This document shows, piece after piece, positions 51,143-64,000 of a stretch of DNA of 64,000 nt. The position numbers and the translations under genes are program-made. This DNA is from Rhizophagus irregularis (Eukaryota), in contig NC_089433.1 in assembly GCF_026210795.1 (NCBI RefSeq), positions 1,860,001-1,924,000 of the forward strand. Direction: 5' to 3'. The notes below the pieces were generated by a model. The model was not told the DNA's origin. It did no database searches and was given only the letters and a program-made list of their open reading frames with translations. Each line of letters begins with the position of its first letter. Position 1 is the stretch's first letter.

Positions 51143-53653
51143 TACATACCTTCCACTCCTTCTACACTATTACGTTGAGAACATGCGTTAAATTCATCTC
51201 TACATCAAACAAACATTACAAGTTCAAAAAGTTGGACCAAACAGTTGTGATTATTATTAAAAAGTCGTAAACATACGAACATTAACGAAATTAAGGAATA
51301 CATACCTTCCATCCCTTCTACACTATTACGTTGGGAGCACGCGTTAACTTTATTTCTACAAGTTCAAAAGGTTAAACCAACAGTTTCAATATGCGTGATT
51401 ATTAATATTTTTTATAAAAAAGACGTAAACATACAAACATTAATGAAATCGTGAAGTATATACCTTCCATTTCTTCTACACTACTACGTTGAGAGCGTTA
51501 AATTCATCTCTACATCAAACAAACATTACAAGTTCAAAAAGTTGGACCAAACAGTTGTGATTATTATTAAAAAGTCGTAAACATACGAACATTAACGAAA
51601 TTAAGGAATACATACCTTCTATCCCTTCTACACTATTACGTTAAGAGCACGCGTTAACTTTATTTCTATAAGTTCAAAAAGTTAAACTAACAGTTTCAAT
51701 ATGCGTGATTATAAATATTTTTTATAAAAAAGACGTAAACATACGAACATTAACGAAATCGTGAAGTACATACCTTCCATTCCTTCTACACTACTACGTC
51801 AAACAAACAATTACAAGTTCAAAAAGTTGGACCAACAGTTGTGATTATTATTAAAAAGTCGTAAACCTACGAACATTAACGAAATTAAGGAATATATACC
51901 TTCCATCTCTTCTACACTATTACGTTGAGAGCACGCGTTAACTTTATTTCTACAAGTTCAAAAAGTTAAACCAACAGTTTCAATATGCGTGATTATTAAT
52001 ATTTTTTATAAAAAAAGACGTAAACATACGAACATTAACGAAATCGTGAAGTACATACCTTCCATTCCTTTTACACTACTACGTTGAGAGCGTTAAATTC
52101 ATTTCTGCATCAACGAATATTCAAGTTCAATAAGTTGGGCCAACAGTTATCATTTTATGTGATTATTAATATTTTTATAAAAAAGACGTAAACATACGAA
52201 CATTAACGAAATTATAAAGTACAAATACCTTCCATTCCTTCTACACTACTACATTGAAAGCACGCGTTAACTTTATTTCTACAAGTTCAAAAAGTTAAAC
52301 CAACAGTTCATTATGCGTGATTATTAATATTTTTTATAAAAAAGATGTAAACACATTAACGAAATTACAAAGTACAAATACCTTCCATTCCTTCTACACT
52401 ACTACATTGAGAGCATGCGTTAATTTTATTTTTACTTTATAAGTTCAAAAGTTAGACCAACAGTTATAATTATTAATATTGTATAAAATAGTTAAATTAT
52501 GGAGTATAAATACTTTCCATACCTTTACCATTATATTGTACGCAAAACTTTCCATGAACAATTATTAATATTATGAAATAGTCGTAAACCTACAAATATT
52601 AATGAAATTATGAAATATAAATAACTTCCATACTTCTACTATATTGAAAGTACGCGTTCATTTTTCCAGCAGCTGTTGCAAAGCTTTTTCATGTATAATT
52701 TATTAATATTATAAATATTCATAAAGCCTATGAATATATATAAATACTTTCCATGATACTTCTGCTAGTCTTCTGCTACGCAAATGTACAATGAGCGGTC
52801 CTTGCAAAATAGAGCATATAGAGAATATTAAGTTTGTTTATTTAATTCGTGTTTAGCTATTTTTAGATGATCACATGAACACATGTATATGCCATAATAG
52901 GTTAATTTATCAAATTTATTAGATTTATAAAATTAATTCGTAATCTGTGAGTCAAATTATATGATTTTGGTAGAGTCCTAAAGAATTCTGACCTCGACTA
53001 AATCAAATTGAAATCAGATTTTGATCTATTAAAAAAAAAATTCTTGCATGATAAATATAAAATTAAGAGAAATATGCATGACGTGTTGATAATATATACT
53101 ATATAAATAATATAACAAATAACTAGAGGTTAATTTGTAACACTTTTCACAAATTTATAATTTCTTATGGTCGGCACTTGGCATCAGACTTGATAGAAAT
53201 AAATTTAACTTTCCAAATATTGCGAAAGAGGAACAAAAAAATGAATTTTAACAAAATTGATAAATTTTGTGCGATCAAATTCAAAATAATTTTGTGTTTC
53301 ATGGATAAAAATTCTTTTATTTGTTTAACAGTTATCAGCCAAATGAGAAAAACTCAAATTAATAAAATTTTATATATAAATTAATCACAAAAACGTAAAA
53401 TTTATTGATTTTTTTTTGTTTTTTGAAGAGAGATGCTCTTTTAAATGATTATCAAATAAATTTAATTTATAAAATTTAGAGGAGTGGGGGTATTTTTTTT
53501 TTGAAATTGTACATATCAATTACTAATTCGTAATATTATATATATTATTAATATATTCACCAGTCCTGCCAAACCAATAAAAAAAATAATAAATTTATTA
53601 AAACAAATAAACATATATATAATTATCTTATGCATATAATAAAATTCACCTTA

Positions 53654-54930
53654 TTATACATCATCACATCATCATCTTCATCATCTTCAGTTTCATTTCC
53701 ACTTTCTTCTTCCTCATAGCTATTATCTTCAAAATCAGAATAATTTATGCCCGTTTGATTATTGATTTTTTTCTTTAAAGAATAATATGATTGATTAGCC
53801 ATGAAATGATATTTTATTAAATACTACTACAAAATTACAAACTTACTAAAAATTTTTTAACTTTTTGTTTCATGATATTCTTTTTCAACATTATTTCGTC
53901 ATGATTTGGGTTCAAAATTGTTGAGCAGATCGCAAGAACATATGCGATTTCTGCATTAGAATGGTCATTTTGGAGGACTCCGCTCACTAAAACAATCGAA
54001 GAATTTTTGTCCTTGGGATTCATCTTTGTAAACAGGCTTTCATAACAACTTTTAACCTCGGGTTTTCTTTTTCATTTTGCAATTTCAGACGGCCCGGCAT
54101 TTGTGTTTATAGGTGGTAAACGGGATCCGAATATAGAAAAAATAGCCTCCCTTGATTTTGAGGACAATGTTCCTCTTACGGACCGTACTTGTTTTGTTAA
54201 CTACGAAGAAAGTTAATACTTAATATTTTATTTTATTTTATTAAACATTTTGTTACTATCGAATAAAGACTTACTTGTTTATGTATATTCTCGTTGTAAA
54301 ACGAGATCCAATCGTCTTCAGTAAAATTAGAGAAAAAACTTGCATGGTTCAGTGATAAATATCCTTCAACCGCTCCACAACATTCATCTTTTGTTGGGTA
54401 AATCGATACTTTTATTAATAATTTCGAAACATTTTTCACAACATCCTAAAATTAGTTGAAATTCAAAATAATTAGAATGTAAATAAATAATAAAACTAAA
54501 TATTTCAAAGATATTCTTACCGCTATGAATGATTCTTTAACGCTTGATGTCAAATTTATTTTATCAGAAAGTAAAGTTTTTAACTCGGATTTAAACTCTT
54601 GTATTTCTTTACTTAAAGTATCGATTTTATTTTCAATCTTTGTTAATCGATCTACCACAATTACAATAAATATTAATTAATTACAAGATAATTTTATTAA
54701 TTTCTTAAATATTTGCGAATACCTTCAATTTTTGAATTTACAGGAAGCCATTTCTTAGTCTGAGTAACATAAATTTCGTCATTGATGGTTTCGTTGGTGT
54801 TGATGTTGGTTTTACTGCTGTTGCTTCTACTTCTGATTCGGCCTCTATCACTGCGCTTATGATTCCCTTCGATTAGCAATTCCTCAATTTTCTTACGAGA
54901 GGATTCTCTCAATTTATTTCCTGATTCCAT
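53654..54930 (-). pseudogene. Unknown 5-exon gene, copy A (TGG>TGA in exon 4, indels)
   Basis: The exons match copies B and C. The codon read as AKW in the other copies is aaa tga at ~54072. Confidence 0.7.
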
Positions 54931-55039
54931 AATGATACTTTTGAAAAATGGGATTTCTTACAATTTAAGAAAAAAAGAAATATTTCTGAAGGAAAAAAAT
55001 TGACCATTATTTATGAAAAAAAAAAACTCTTTAAACCCA

Positions 55040-55950
55040 AATCAAGCAATTTTTCGTACCAGTCATTAACAGAAACTTTCGAATACTCAATAATTACATC
55101 ATGCAAATTTTCGTACCAGTCATTAAGCAGAACCGCAGAAACTCTCTTAGTAATAATTATGTCAGTTGAGGAAATAAAAACATATACACATGAACATAAG
55201 GATAAATTCGCATAATTACTCATTATTCTAAACCAGAAAAAGAAACTTTCTTAGTAATAATTATGTCAGTTGAGGAAATAAAAACAAATGCACGTGAACA
55301 TAAGGATAAATTCACATAATTTCGATTACTTACTCATTATTCTAAACCAGGTAATTTTTTCGTACCAGTCATTAAAGTAGAACCGCAGAAACTTTCTTAG
55401 TAATAATTATGTCAGTTGAGGAAATAAAAACACGCACGTGAACATAAGGATAATTTCGATTACTTACTCATTATTCTAAACTAGGCGTACCAGTCATTAA
55501 AGCAGTAACCGCAGAAACCTTCGAATATTCAATAATTATATCACTTTATATGGAAATAAATAATTACGCGTGAACATGAGTTTTTTCCTTGTTATTATTA
55601 TGGATAGAACCGCATGATTTCGATACTTACTCATTATACTAAACCAAGCAATTTTTCGACAAGTCATTAAAGTAGAATCCGCAGGAACCTTGAACCTTCG
55701 AATATTTAATAATTATATCATTGTTATATCATATATGGAAATAAAACATAAACACGTGAACATGAGTTTTATTATTATGGATAGAAATTCGCATGATTTC
55801 GATACTTACTCATTATACTAAACTAAGCAATTTTTCGTACAAGTCATTAAAGTAGAATTTGCAGGAACTGCAGAAACCTTCGCATACTTTGTAGTAATAA
55901 TTATGTCAGTCGTATCTTACATGGAAACAAATAAACATTAAAGTTTTTCT
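55040..55950 (-). repeat. Degenerate tandem modules upstream of the triplicated gene (also 57940-58850 and, expanded, 60790-62200)
   Basis: Repeated gtcattaaagtagaaccgcagaaac, taataattatgtcagttgagg, cacgtgaacat and tacttactcattat motifs. Confidence 0.8.
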
Positions 55951-56564
55951 TTGCACGATAAAAAATTTGTATAATTTCGAACATAAGCATGCATACACAG
56001 AATAAAAAAATCTAATGATACCACTCCTGAGTGAAATAAAATTCCAACTCGATATATATTAGTCAGGGTTGTTTGATCAGCATTTTTGATATTAGTTGGT
56101 GTGATCGATCAGACAATGAACTCCAGTCTAACCAATAAAAAATAGAACAATTTACGAATCAATTGTAACTATGAATTTTAACAAAATTACGATCAAATTC
56201 AAAATAATTTTTTGTGTTTCATGTATAAAAATTCTTTTATTTGTTTAACAGTTATCAGCCAAATGAGAAAACTCAAATTAATAAAATTTTATATACAAAT
56301 TAATCGCAAAAACGTAAAATTTTATTGATTTGTTTTTTGAAGGAGATGCTCTTTTAAATGATTATCAAATAAATGTAATTTATAAAATTTAGAAGAGTGG
56401 GGGCATTTTTTTTTTTGAAATTATACATATCAATTACTAATTCGTAATATTTGTTATATTATTAATATATTCACCAGTCCTACCAAACCAATAAAAAAAA
56501 TAATAAATTTATTAAAAAAAATAAACATATATATAATTATCTTATGCATATAAAATTCACCTTA

Positions 56565-57832
56565 TTATACATCATCTTCTTCATCATCTTCAGTTTCATT
56601 TCCACCTTCTTCTTCCTCATAGTTATTATCTTCAAAATCGGAATATTTTATGGCCGTTTGATTATTGATTTTTTCCTTTAAAGAATAATATGATTGATTA
56701 GCCATGAAATGATATTTTATTAAATACTACTACAAAATTACAAACTTGCTAAAAATTTTTTAACCTTTTGTTTCATGATATTCTTTTTCAACATTATTTC
56801 GTCATGATGTGGGTTCAAAATTGTTGAGCAGGTCGCAAGAACATATGCGAGTTCTGCATTAGAATTGCCACCTTGGAGAACTCTGTCAATAACGCTTGCT
56901 AAAACAATTGAAGAATTTTTGTCCTTGGGATTCATTTTTTTGAACAGGCCTTCAAAACAATCTTTAACTTCAGATTTTCTTTTCCATTTTGCTACTTCAG
57001 ACGGCCCGGCATTTGTGTTTATAGGTGGTAAACGGGATCCGAATATAGAAAAAATAGCCTCCATTGATTTCAAGGACAATGTTCTTCTTATGGACCGTAC
57101 TTGTTTTATTAACTTTACGAAGAAAGTTAAAGTTAATACTTAATATTTTATTTATTTTATTAAACATTTTGTTATCGAATAAGGACTTACTTGTTTATGT
57201 ATATTCTCGTTATAATACGCGATCCAATCGTCTTCAGTAAAATTAGAGAAAAAACTCGCATGGTTCAGTATTAAATATCCTTCAACCGCTCCATAACATT
57301 CATCTTTTGTTGGGTAAATTGATACTTTTATTAATAATTTCAAAACATTTTTCACAACATCCTAAAATTAGTCGAAATTCAAAATAATTAGAATGTAAAT
57401 AAATAATAAAACTAAATATTTCAAAGATATTCCTACCACTATGAATGATTCTTTAACGCTTGATGACAAATTTATTTTATCAGAAAGTAAAGTTTTTAAC
57501 TCGGATTTAAACTCGTGTATTTTTTTACTTAAAGTATCAATTTTATTTTCAATCTTTGTTAATCGATCTACCATAATTATAATAAATATTAATTATAAGA
57601 TAATTTTATTAATTTCTTAAATATTTGCGAATACCTTCAATTTTTGAATTTGCAGGAAGCCATCTCTTAGTTTGAAGAATGCTAACTTCGTCATTAATGG
57701 TTTCGTTGGTGTTGATGTTGGTTTGTTTCTGCTTCGGCTTTGGCTTCTATCACTGCGCTTATGATTCCCTTCGATTAGCAATTCCTCAATTTTCTTACGA
57801 GAGGACTCTCTCAATTTATTTCCTGATTCCAT
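56565..57832 (-). pseudogene. Unknown 5-exon gene, copy B (frameshifting deletion in exon 1)
   Basis: Exon 1 translation departs after RSRN (KPTSTPTK) relative to copies A and C. Confidence 0.7.
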
Positions 57833-59411
57833 AATGATACTTTTGAAAAAGTGGGATTTCTTACAATTTAAGAAAAAAAAATATTTCTGAAGGAAAAAAA
57901 TTGACCATTATTTATGAAAAAAAAAACTCTTTAAACCCAAATCAAGCAATTTTTCGTACCAGTCATTAACAGAAACTTTCGAATACTCAATAATTACATC
58001 ATGCAAATTTTCGTACCAGTCATTAAGCAGAACCGCAGAAACTCTCTTAGTAATAATTATGTCAGTTGAGGAAATAAAAACATATACATATGAACATAAG
58101 GATAAATTCGCATAATTACTCATTATTCTAAACCAGGAAAAGAAACTTTCTTAGTAATAATTATGTCAGTTGAGGAAATAAAAACAAATGCACGTGAACA
58201 TAAGGATAAATTCACATAATTTCGATTACTTACTCATTATTCTAAACCAGGTAATTTTTTCGTACCAGTCATTAAAGTAGAACCGCAGAAACTTTTTTAG
58301 TAATAATTATGTCAGTTGAAAAAATAAAAACACGCACGTGAACATAAGGATAATTTCGATTACTTACTCATTATTCTAAACCAGGCGTACCAGTCATTAA
58401 AGCAGTAACCGCAGAAACCTTCGAATATTCAATAATTATATCACTTTATATGGAAATAAATAATTACGCGTGAACATGAGTTTTTTCCTTGTTATTATTA
58501 TGGATAGAACCGCATGATTTCGATACTTACTCATTATACTAAACCAAGCAATTTTTCGACAAGTCATTAAAGTAGAATCCGCAGGAACCTTAAACCTTCG
58601 AATATTTAATAATTATATCATTGTTATATCATATATGGAAATAAAACATAAACACGTGAACATGAGTTTTATTATTATGGATAGAAATTCGCATGATTTC
58701 GATACTTACTTATTATACTAAACCAAGCAATTTTTCGTACAAGTCATTAAAGTAGAATTCGCAGAAACTGCAGAAACCTTCGCATACTTAGTAGTAATAA
58801 TTATGTCAGTCGTATCTTACATGGAAACAATAAACATTAAAGTTTTTCTTTGTACGATAAAAAATTTATATAATTTCGAAAACATAAGCATGCATACACA
58901 TTATAAAAAATCTAATGATACACTCCTGAGTGAAATAAAATTCCAACTCATTATATATTAGTCAGGGTTGTTTGATCAGCATTTTTTGATCACGAATTTA
59001 TTAGTTGGTGTGACCGATCAGACAATGAACTCCAGTCTAACCAATAAAAAATAGAACAATTTTACACATTCAATTGTAACTATGAATTTTAACAAAATTG
59101 CGATCAAATTCAAAATAATTTTTTGTGTTTCATATATAAAAATTCTTTATTGTTTAACAGTTATCAGCCAAATGAGAAAAACTCAAATTAATAAAATTTT
59201 ATATACAAATTAATCACAAAAACGTAAAATTTATTGATTTGTTTTTTGAAGGAGATGCTCTTTTAAATGACATATCAATTACTAATTCGTAATATTATAT
59301 TATTAATATGAATTCACCAGTCCTGCCAAACCAATAAAAAAAAATAATAAATTTATTAAAACAAATAAACATATATATAATTATCTTATGCATATAATAA
59401 AATTTACCTTA

Positions 59412-60677
59412 TTATACATCATCTTCTTCATCATCTTCAGTTTCATTTCCACTTTCTTCTTCCTCATAGTTATTATCTTCAAAATCGGAATAAATTATGA
59501 CCGTTTGACTATTGATTTTTTTCTTTAAAGATAATATGATTAGCCATGAAATCTTATTTTATTAAATACTACTATAAAATTACAAACTTACTAAAAATTT
59601 TTTAACTTTTTGTTTCATGATATTCTTTTTCAACATTATTTCGTTATGATTTGAGTTCAAAATTGTTGAGCAGATCGCAAGAATATATGCAAGTTCTGCA
59701 TTAGAATGGCCATTTTGGAGGACTTTGTCAATAACGCTTGTTAAAACAATCGAAGAATTTTTGTTTTTGGGATTCATTTTTTTGAACAAGCCTTCAAAAC
59801 AACTTTTAACCTCGGGTTTTTTTTTCCATTTTGCAATTTCAGATGGCCCGGCATTTGTGTTTATAGGTGGTAAACGGGATCTGAATATAGAAAAAATAGC
59901 CTCCCTTGATTTCGAGGACAATGTTCCTCTTACGGACCGTACTTGTTTTGTTAACTACGAAGAAAGTTAATACTTAATATTTTATTTTATTTTATTAAAC
60001 ATTTTGTTATCAAATAAGGACTTACTTGTTTATGTATATTCTCGTTGTAAAACGAGATCCAATCGTCTTCAGTAAAATTAGAGAAAAAACTCGCATGGTT
60101 CAGTGATAAATATCCTTCAACCGCTCCACAACATTCATCTTTTGTTGGGTAAATCGATACTTTTATTAATAATTTCGAAACATTTTTCACAACATCCTAA
60201 AATTAGTCGAAATTCAAAATAATTAGAATGTAAATAAATAATAAAATTAAATATTTTAAAGATATTTTTACCGCTATGAATGATTCTTTAACACTTGATG
60301 ACAAATTTATTTTATCAGAAAGTAAAGTTTTTAACTCGGATTTAAACTCTTGTATTTCTTCACTTAAAGTATCGATTTTATTTTCAATCTTTGTTAATCG
60401 ATCTACCATAATTACAATAAATATTAATTACAAGATAATTTTATTAATTCCTTAAATATTTGCGAATACCTTCAATTTTTGAATTTGCAGGAAGCCATCT
60501 CTTAGTTTGAAGAACGTTAATTTCGTCATTGATGGTTTCGCTGGTGTTGATGTTAGTTTTACTGCTGTTGTTTCTGCTTCGGCTTTGGCTTCTATCACTG
60601 CACTTATGATTCCCTTCGATTAGCAATTCCTCAATTTTCTTACGAGAAGATTCTCTCAATTTATTTCCTGATTCCAT
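59412..60677 (-). CDS. Unknown 5-exon protein (~320 aa; RS patch, coiled coil, acidic tail), copy C, apparently intact
   Basis: MESGNKL..KIE|DRLTKIENKIDTL..FIA|DVVKNV..IHKQ|LTKQVRS..KKFL|..KKINSQ..EDDEEDDV*, joined by GT-AG introns. Confidence 0.65.
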
Positions 60678-62548
60678 AATGATACTTTTGAAAAAGTGGG
60701 ATTTCTTACAATTTAAGAAAAAAAAATATTTCTGAAGGAAAAAAATTGACCATTATTTATGAAAAAAAAAACTCTTTAAACCCAAATCAAGCAATTTTTC
60801 GTACCAGTCATTAACAGAAACTTTCGAATACTCAATAATTACATCATGCAAATTTTCGTACCAGTCATTAAGCAGAACCGCAGAAACTCTCTTAGTAATA
60901 TTTATGTCAGTTGAGGAAATAAAAACATATACACATGAACATAAGGATAAATTCGCATAATTACTCATTATTCTAAACCAGGAAAAGAAACTTTCTTAGT
61001 AATAATTATGTCAGACGAGGAAATAAAAACAAATGCACGTGAACATAAGGATAAATCGCATAATTACTCATTATTCTAAACCAGGAAATTTTTTCGTACA
61101 ATTCGCATAATTACTCATTATTCTAAACCAAGCAAAGAAACTTTCTTAGTAATAATTATGTCAGTTGAGGAAATAAAAACAAATGCACGTGAACATAAGG
61201 ATAAATTCACATAATTTCGATTACTTACTCATTATTCTAAACCAGGTAATTTTTTCGTACCAGTCATTAAAGTAGAACTGCAGAAACTTTCTTAGTAATA
61301 ATTATGTCAGTTGAGGAAATAAAAACACGCACGTGAACATAAGGATAATTTCGATTACTTACTCATTATTCTAAACCAGGCGTACCAGTCATTAAAGCAG
61401 TAACCGCAGAAACCTTCGAATATTCAATAATTATATCACTTTATATGGAAATAAATAATTACGCGTGAACATGAGTTTTTCCTTGTTATTATTATGGATA
61501 GAATCGCATGATTTCGATACTTACTCATTATACTAAACCAAGCAATTTTTCGACAAGTCATTAAAGTAGAATCCGCAGGAACCTTAACCTTCGAATATTT
61601 AATAATTATATCATTGTTATATCATATATGGAAATAAAACATAAACACGTGAACATGAGTTTTATTATTATGGATAGAACCACATGATTTCGATACTTAC
61701 ACATTATACTAAACCAAGCAATTTTTCGACAAGTCATTAAAGTAGAATCCGCAGGAACCTTGAACCTTCGAATATTTAATAATTATATCATTGTTATATC
61801 ATATATGGAAATAAAACATAAATACGTGAACATGAGTTTTATTATTATGGATAGAAATTCGCATGATTTCGATACTTACTCATTATAGTACTAAAAAAAC
61901 TTAGCAATTTTTCGTACAAGTCATTAAAGTAGAATTCGCAGGAACCTTGAACCTTCGAATATTTAATAATTATATCATTGTTATATCATATATGGAAATA
62001 AAACATAAACACGTGAACATGAGTTTTATTATTATGGATAGAAATTCGCATGATTTCAATACTTACTCATTATACTAAACTAAGCAATTTTTCGTACAAG
62101 TAATTAAAGTAGAATTTGCAGGAACTGCAGAAACCTTCGCATACTTAGTAGTAATAATTATGTCAGTCGTATCTTGCATGGAAACAATAAACATTAAAGT
62201 TTTTCTTTGTACGATAAAAAATTTGTATAATTTCGAAAACATAAGCATGCATACACAAAATAAAAAATCTAATGATACCACTTCTGAGTGAAATAAAATT
62301 CCAACTCATTATATATTAGTCAGGGTTGTTTGATCAGCATTTTTTGATCACGAATTTATTAGTTGGTATAACCGATCAGACATGAACAGTCTAACCAATA
62401 AAAATAGAACAATTTACGCATTCAACCGTAACTTTACGGAAATCCATAAAACTTACCTTATCAAAAAAGGAAAAGTAATAGTCATATTTTAGATTTGTAA
62501 CGTTATACAAGATATTAGTATCGCTGTCGTTAAATATAATAAACTTTA

Positions 62549-64000
62549 TTAAAATATGTATTTATTTACAAAATATTCATTTGTTTTATTAAACTGGGGT
62601 ACTATATGTACGATATCTTGTATTGCTTCTATATCAATAAAGTTATAGATTTCAGTAATTTCTAGTAAGGGACACCCATAAAGATGTGGTTGATTTTGAA
62701 ATTTGAAGTCATACCACTGAATTAATGCGAGATTTAATGGAATATTTTGATTCTTAAGTTCTATTTTCGCTATTAATAAAACCTTAATTTAAAAAATCAT
62801 TTTTAAATTAGCAATATTATATAAATATGTAGTATCAAATCAATTAAAAAATTACCTGCCCGTAACAAATGCCTTGATCAGAAGCGTAATCAAATAATTC
62901 ATCAGAATTCATACGAACAGACACATTACTATACCAAGGTCTGCCATAATAACTGTTAGTAGCACGCATTATTGCACCATTTTCTATTATAACTGATCTG
63001 TATATTGTCACTTGGCTTTCATTTGCAATACTTTCGTGATCCATATACAGATTTAAACATTCCAAAAAATTGTCAAATCCAGATCTCATTTTGTGGTCTA
63101 TATTAGCCTGTTCTACAAAAAAATCATGGGCATCTTTTAATAGAAATTTGAAAAGTATTGCTGTAAATTTAAATATACGAGGGATAGTAGCTGAATTTGG
63201 TAATCGATGGGTTATATTTGTTATTGATTGTCGCCGAATCTATAAAAATTAATTTTTTTTAGAAATTTAACATAGTATTGTGTATTTTATATAAATAATA
63301 TTTGCTATTTTCATTATTTGAACTTCAATATTTTTTTTATTACTTAATCGGTAGGGATTCTTAACGTATTCTTTGTGAAGACTTTCGTAAGTCTCCGTAG
63401 TATATCCATTAACTGCACCAAATGATCGAATCGAATCAATTATATGATATGCCCATGAATGCAGTTTTGGTAATTTTAACTCTGAGGGGGACATACATTG
63501 GAGAATTTTGATGAACATTTGAGACCAATTGTTTATAGATTCCTGAAATTATAATTTTAAGTATTAGTGGACAGGCGTTGTTTTATAATAATTATGTAGT
63601 ACATACCCTAAATTTGGCCAAATCACTTTCTTTGAAATTTTCATATCGACTAATTGCATACATTTCATTCCAAGCTTCGTAAAGTTTTGCCAGATCTTCA
63701 TTCTTTACAAAATTTTCATCATCCTCATTATTTACAAACAAATTGTCCACTACAAAAACCATTACTTTCATCAGATTGCGATACTCATTAGCTGTTAATC
63801 TGGCTATTGATTGTATGCCATTTGTAAAGATCTTCAAACCGGGAAATCTTGGTATTGTGGCTAATTGATGATCTACTTCATCAACTAAAGTTTTGCCACA
63901 TTGCGCCCCTAAAAGTTTTTTCGTATAATCGATTTGATAATGAAAGAGGCCTAAATCGAGATGATGCATTCTATCAGGCACTGTGGCTTGATAGATATTT
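62549..64000 (-). CDS. Plavaka/CMC-like transposase, 3' exons (>64000-63607, 63542-~63306, 63239-62856, 62782-62549)
   Basis: PDRMHHLDLGLF, IPRFPGLKIF..RLTANEYRNLMK, LPKLHSW.YHI..SIRSFG..NGYTTETYESLHKEYVKNPYRLSNKK, C-terminal ALIQWY..VHIVP..YFVNKYIF*. These motifs match my recollection of fungal Plavaka-type transposases. One donor reads GC rather than GT. Confidence 0.78.

Larger units (their letters stand above)
49870..52680 (-). repeat. Tandem ~135-160-bp modules (about 12) with micro-exon/intron structure on the minus strand, interrupted by a MITE
   Basis: Repeated acataccttccattccttctacactactacgttgagagc; the reverse complement gives TAG|~50 nt..gaag|GTATGT. Confidence 0.8.
53240..62420. 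repeat. Three tandem ~2.9-3.3-kb segmental copies (about 53240-56170, 56170-59080, 59080-62420)
   Basis: Each begins atgaattttaacaaaatt, contains the same gene and upstream repeat block, and ends ...ctaaccaataaaaaatagaacaattt. Confidence 0.92.
48776..64000 (-). mobile_element. Probable large Plavaka/CMC-type DNA transposon (>15 kb; other end outside the window)
   Basis: Sharp break in LINE 7 at CATTTGCAAATTGAATACGG, followed by subterminal tandem repeats, unknown genes and a Plavaka-like transposase. The second TIR and TSD are not visible, so the continuity of one element is inferred. Confidence 0.55.

Noticed and set aside
55011..60968. ORFs MSNYANLSLCS... (three copies) as separate genes
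   Set aside because: They lie in the upstream repeat block and are conserved only through the segmental triplication.

Overview
AT-rich eukaryotic DNA with short GT-AG introns. It resembles a Glomeromycota (Rhizophagus-like) fungus, which is an inference, and it consists almost entirely of nested transposons. The centre is a ~300-bp fold-back CACTA-type MITE (9864-10921, itself holding a hAT MITE). Both terminal inverted repeats (TIRs) of this MITE have been hit repeatedly by one family of non-LTR retrotransposon: ORF1 with RRMs and a zinc knuckle, ORF2 with APE, RT, RNase H and a zinc finger, about 8.2 kb, no poly(A) tail. Each insertion duplicates ~15 bp of the TIR end (TGGTTTTTGAC[T/C]AGT). 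The result is head-to-tail arrays pointing outward from the MITE: two elements on the left (one LINE plus a divergent relative) and six LINEs on the right, apparently ordered young (proximal) to old (distal). The distal right-arm copies carry nested insertions: a CACA-ended MITE, a hAT MITE, a 3.3-kb non-autonomous CACTA element and an apparently intact hAT transposon. The last copy is cut at 48775 by a >15-kb probable Plavaka/CMC element. That element carries subterminal repeats, nested fold-back MITEs, three tandem copies of an unknown multi-exon gene and the 3' part of a Plavaka-like transposase. Three unrelated tandem arrays read on the minus strand as repeated micro-exon/intron modules. 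No prokaryotic features, RNA genes or CRISPR arrays were seen.
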